From an uncultured Methylomirabilota bacterium (GTDB lineage: Bacteria; Methylomirabilota; Methylomirabilia; Methylomirabilales; 2-02-FULL-66-22): a stretch of 64,000 nucleotides of DNA. A program made the translations under genes and the position numbers. Under the pieces are notes generated by a model. The model saw only the letters and a program-made list of their open reading frames with translations, searched no databases and had not been told where the DNA came from. Positions within the stretch are counted from its first letter, which is position 1. Each line of letters begins with the position of its first letter. This document shows, piece after piece, positions 60,601 through 64,000 of the stretch. The stretch spans positions 224,001 through 288,000 of the forward strand of contig CAWJSJ010000005.1 in NCBI GenBank assembly GCA_963845565.1, written 5' to 3'.

Positions 60601-60872
60601 GGCATCCCTTTTTGACTCCCCGCGGGGAGTCTCTTGCGGCCCGCGGCCATCAGGCGGGGAGATTCGCCCGTTGGCCGCTTCGGCGTCGCACCGATATTGA
60701 CCGATATGGCATGATAGAAAGAAAGCGTTCGCCCTAGCAAGGACATTCCGTTCGCGCCCCGCTGACTGCCGCCTTCGGTTTTCTCGAGGCCGGTGCAGGA
60801 TACCAACCGGCTGCGGGGGACGTGACTATCAGTCTATGCACAACCGCCGTGTGCTCCTCCAGGCATCGGTCG

Positions 60873-62105
60873 TCAGCCCGAGACCTTCGCCGACCGTGCT
60901 GCCGCACACCGCGCGCGGAATGCCAGAGAGACGGGATCGATCCCGTTGAACCGGGTCGGCCAAAACGGCGTCAGGTCGAACGAGTTGGGTCGTCCGGCAA
61001 CGATTTCCGCCACGGCCAACCCGATCCCGCCGGAGGCCGCGATGCCCGCCCCGCAACAGCCGGTGGCCACGACGTAGCCTTGGAGGTCGGGCACCGCACC
61101 GAGGACAAACTGGCCGTCCGGCGTATAGGTGGACAGCCCCGCGATGAACCGGACGAATTGCGCCTCGTCGAGCGTCGGGTAGAACGCCAGCAACCGCTCG
61201 CGACCTTCCATCAGGATTTGCCAACCGTCTGCCTCATCACCGAATGACACGCCGGTGATGTCGGTTGGAATCGTTCGGGGGTCCACGCTCAGAGAGACCG
61301 GCTCGCGCAGGCCGATAATCAGACCGCCCAGTTCCGGCCGGACGTATGCGCTGGCGTCGGGAAGGATGACATACGGCATGTCGCGCGGAAAGCCCGACTC
61401 CGGCGCGGTGATCCAGTAGTGGCTGCGAACCGGCGCCATCGGCAGGCCCACCCCAACCCCCCGGGCGAGGAGGCCGGCCCACGCCCCTCCGGCGTCCACG
61501 ACATTCCGGGCACGGATGTCTCCGTTGCTCGTGCGCACCCCCTCGACCGTCCGGCCGCTACACAGCAGACCGGTCACCTCGACGCCCGACCGAAAGACTA
61601 CACCGCGGTTACGCGCCGCGCGGGCATACCCGGTTGCGAGAAGATATGGATCGATAATGGCATCGTCCGCCATAAACGCGAGGCTGCGTGTTGCACCGGT
61701 GTCCAGCCACGGCACCATCCGTGCGACTTCCGATGGGTCTGCCCATCGAAAGGGTATCCCGTGGCTTTCCGCGACCCAGGCCAGATGGACGAGGTCGGTT
61801 TGGCTTTCCGGGGAGGCCGCGACCTGGAGGCTACCCGTCCGCCGCAGGCCGAGCGAATCCGCTAACTCGTCCTGGAGTTCTCGAATTGCCGCGTGCGTCC
61901 GCTGGACCAAGGGTATCTGCGCGGTCTTGGGGCGCACCTGCGTGAGAAGGGCCGCGGCCCGACTGGTGGAACCCGAGGCCAACGCGTTCCGCTCCAATAC
62001 CACCACCGACCGCATGTCCAGCCGCGCCAGATGGTAGGCGATGCTGCACCCGATGATCCCGCCGCCGATCACGGCGGTGTCACAATCCTCGATTCTGGTC
62101 ATCAC
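60873..62105 (-). CDS. FAD-dependent amine oxidoreductase (DadA/sarcosine oxidase beta-like)
   Basis: IGGGIIG, GSTSRAA, DAGGAW, TYTPDG, SGGIG. Confidence 0.88.
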   Translation of the reverse strand: MMTRIEDCDTAVIGGGIIGCSIAYHLARLDMRSVVVLERNALASGSTSRAAALLTQVRPKTAQIPLVQRTHAAIRELQDELADSLGLRRTGSLQVAASPESQTDLVHLAWVAESHGIPFRWADPSEVARMVPWLDTGATRSLAFMADDAIIDPYLLATGYARAARNRGVVFRSGVEVTGLLCSGRTVEGVRTSNGDIRARNVVDAGGAWAGLLARGVGVGLPMAPVRSHYWITAPESGFPRDMPYVILPDASAYVRPELGGLIIGLREPVSLSVDPRTIPTDITGVSFGDEADGWQILMEGRERLLAFYPTLDEAQFVRFIAGLSTYTPDGQFVLGAVPDLQGYVVATGCCGAGIAASGGIGLAVAEIVAGRPNSFDLTPFWPTRFNGIDPVSLAFRARCAAARSAKVSG

Positions 62106-62277
62106 GAGGCGGAGCGTCCTTTTCGGGCCGAGGCCACGAACTATCCGTCCCTCCGCGGAAGCGTGTCACGAGGATGGCATTGTTACCGTCGCTCGGTTAC
62201 GGGAGTGCTTCGTTTCTGTGTCATTTCCGTGTCTTCCCGACGAACAACGTGGATTTGCGCTCTGTGTCTCGGTGAAT

Positions 62278-62317
62278 GATTCACGGAATTGTCACCTTCG
62301 GGTCACCCACCGTTCAT
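62278..62317 (+). promoter_or_regulatory. Pho box array upstream of the ABC substrate-binding gene
   Basis: TTCAC/GTCAC/GTCAC/TTCAT at 62280, 62291, 62302, 62313. Confidence 0.78.
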
Positions 62318-62382
62318 GCGCCTCTGTCACAAACACTCCGCGAAGCGAAAGCCGTTCCACCACATCGAAAGGGGTAGCGTTC

Positions 62383-63405
62383 ATGGGAAAGCATCGCAGA
62401 CTCACCTGGCTCGGGGCTCTCGTGGCGGTCATCCTGCTGGCCGTGCCGGCGGCGGCGGAAGAGATCCTGGTCTATACCGCCCTCGAAGACGACCAGATTC
62501 CCCGGTATCTGGAGTCGTTCAAGAAGCAGCACCCGGATATCACCGTCAAGATCGTCCGTGACTCCACGGGGATCGTGACCGCCAAGCTCTTGGCCGAGAA
62601 GGCCAACCCCCATGCCGACCTCATCTGGGGACTGGCGGCCACCAGTCTCCTGATCTTGGATCAGGAGGGCGTGCTCGCCCCCTACGCCCCGAAACGGGTC
62701 GAGTTGGTGGCGCCGCAATTCAAAGATGCCCGCAACCCACCGACCTGGGTGGGCATCGACGCCTGGATGACGGGGTTCTGCGTCAACACCGTGGAGAGCA
62801 AGGCCAAGAACCTCCCCATTCCCGCGTCGTTCGCCGATCTCATCAAACCGAACTACAAGGGTCATCTGGTCATGCCCAATCCGGCCTCGTCCGGGACGGG
62901 ATACCTGACGGTGTCGGCGGTGCTGCAGTTGATGGGCGAGGAGAAGGGTTGGGAATATCTGGATAAGCTGCACGGGAACATGGCAATCTACACCCACTCC
63001 GGGTCGAAGCCATGCAAGCAGGCCGCTGCCGGGGAGTTCCCGATCGGCATCTCTTTCGGATACCGTGGCATCGAGGAGAAAAAGAAAGGCGCCCCCATCG
63101 AGACGGTCTTCCCGAAGGAGGGCTCCGGGTGGGATCTCGAAGCCAACGCTCTCATGAAGAAGGCGCAGATCAAGCCGGGCGCCAAGACCTTCCTGGATTG
63201 GGCGCTCAGCGAACCCGTCATGCGGGAGTATAACAAGAGCTATGCCGTCGTTTCGATCCCCACGGGCATGGGCGTGCCGGAGGGGTTCCCCAAGGAACCG
63301 CTCAAGCAGATGATCAAGAACGATTTCAACTGGGCCGCGAAGAATCGCGCCCGGATCCTGGACGAATGGAACAAGCGGTACGGCACCAAGAGCGAGCCCA
63401 AGTAA
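62383..63405 (+). CDS. Putative 2-aminoethylphosphonate ABC transporter substrate-binding protein
   Basis: Signal peptide; [30 protein letters not shown]; Pho boxes upstream. Confidence 0.78.
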   Translation: MGKHRRLTWLGALVAVILLAVPAAAEEILVYTALEDDQIPRYLESFKKQHPDITVKIVRDSTGIVTAKLLAEKANPHADLIWGLAATSLLILDQEGVLAPYAPKRVELVAPQFKDARNPPTWVGIDAWMTGFCVNTVESKAKNLPIPASFADLIKPNYKGHLVMPNPASSGTGYLTVSAVLQLMGEEKGWEYLDKLHGNMAIYTHSGSKPCKQAAAGEFPIGISFGYRGIEEKKKGAPIETVFPKEGSGWDLEANALMKKAQIKPGAKTFLDWALSEPVMREYNKSYAVVSIPTGMGVPEGFPKEPLKQMIKNDFNWAAKNRARILDEWNKRYGTKSEPK

Positions 63406-63430
63406 CGGCCACCGGATACCCTGGCGTCTT

Positions 63431-63464
63431 CGCCACCCGTCCGGCTCAGGCCGGGCGGGTGGCG
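63431..63464 (+). other. Intercistronic stem-loop
   Basis: 15-bp stem with one G-U pair, 4-nt loop, no U-tract. Confidence 0.7.
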
Positions 63465-63472
63465 CCTTCCTG

Positions 63473-64000
63473 ATGAGCGACGCAGTGCAAATCGCCACCG
63501 TTGGAACCCCGTATCTCCTCGTGGAGGGGGTGCAGAAGAACTTTGGGCGCTTCCCCGCCCTCCAGGACGTTTCCCTGGCGGCAGGCCGCGGCGAGTTCGT
63601 CTGTGTCCTGGGCCCCAGCGGCTGCGGAAAGACCACACTCCTCCGGGTCGTGGCCGGCCTCGAGCGGCCCGAGGCCGGACGTGTCATCATCGACGGGCGG
63701 GACGTGTCCCGACTCCCCGTCTCCCGGCGCAACGTCGGGATCGTCTTTCAATCCTATGCCCTGTTTCCCAATCTGACGACGGCACAGAACATCGGATATG
63801 GCCTAACCAGCCTGCGCACCGAAAGGGAGACCGTCCGCAGCCGCGTCGGAGAACTCCTGCGTCTGGTCGGTCTGCTCGGGATGGAATCCAAGTACCCCGG
63901 CCAGCTTTCCGGCGGCCAGCAGCAGCGGGTGGCCCTGGCGCGGGCCATGGCACTGTCCCCCTCGCTGCTCCTCCTGGACGAGCCGCTCTCGGCCCTGGAC
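63473..64000 (+). CDS. ABC transporter ATPase (runs off window)
   Basis: [43 protein letters not shown]. Confidence 0.92.
   Translation, partial: MSDAVQIATVGTPYLLVEGVQKNFGRFPALQDVSLAAGRGEFVCVLGPSGCGKTTLLRVVAGLERPEAGRVIIDGRDVSRLPVSRRNVGIVFQSYALFPNLTTAQNIGYGLTSLRTERETVRSRVGELLRLVGLLGMESKYPGQLSGGQQQRVALARAMALSPSLLLLDEPLSALD

Noticed and set aside
60690..60707. ACCGATAT direct repeat upstream of phoB
   Set aside because: Two copies at 10-bp spacing, unlike the Pho consensus; too weak to call

Overview
A GC-rich bacterial window; the gene content would fit Methylomirabilota (NC10/Rokubacteria) or a similar lineage, but that is only an impression. Layout: (1) end of a tetrapyrrole operon (hemA, hemC, cobA-hemD fusion); (2) a ~24 kb ABC-transporter-dependent surface-glycan locus (two sugar aminotransferases, rfbB, wzm/wzt, seven GT4s, three SAM methyltransferases, asparagine synthase-like amidotransferase, two NDP-sugar epimerases, WecA-like initiator, and an unexplained nucleotidyltransferase + alkaline-phosphatase-family pair); (3) a mixed block (maf, repeat-rich helical protein, exbBD, dedA, DUF47, a sigma54-driven small protein, tatA/C, an IS4 remnant truncating a GT2, pdxST); (4) a ~25 kb phosphorus island (decayed phnCD, GH3-family ligase + hydrolase, PFK, CHAD protein, tandem thymidylate-kinase-like pair, PIN-PhoH, amphi-Trp protein, phoU-pstBACS, two stand-alone receivers, phoBR, FAD amine oxidoreductase, putative aminophosphonate ABC transporter) marked by five 11-bp-period Pho-box arrays. 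The best candidate for an under-described system is the CHAD + tandem Tmk-like (PPK3-like) polyphosphate module. Heptamer repeat arrays occur at six sites, three of them inside genes. Three +1 frameshifts look like sequence errors. No rRNA, tRNA or CRISPR array was seen. All calls come from manual motif reading; no database searches were run.
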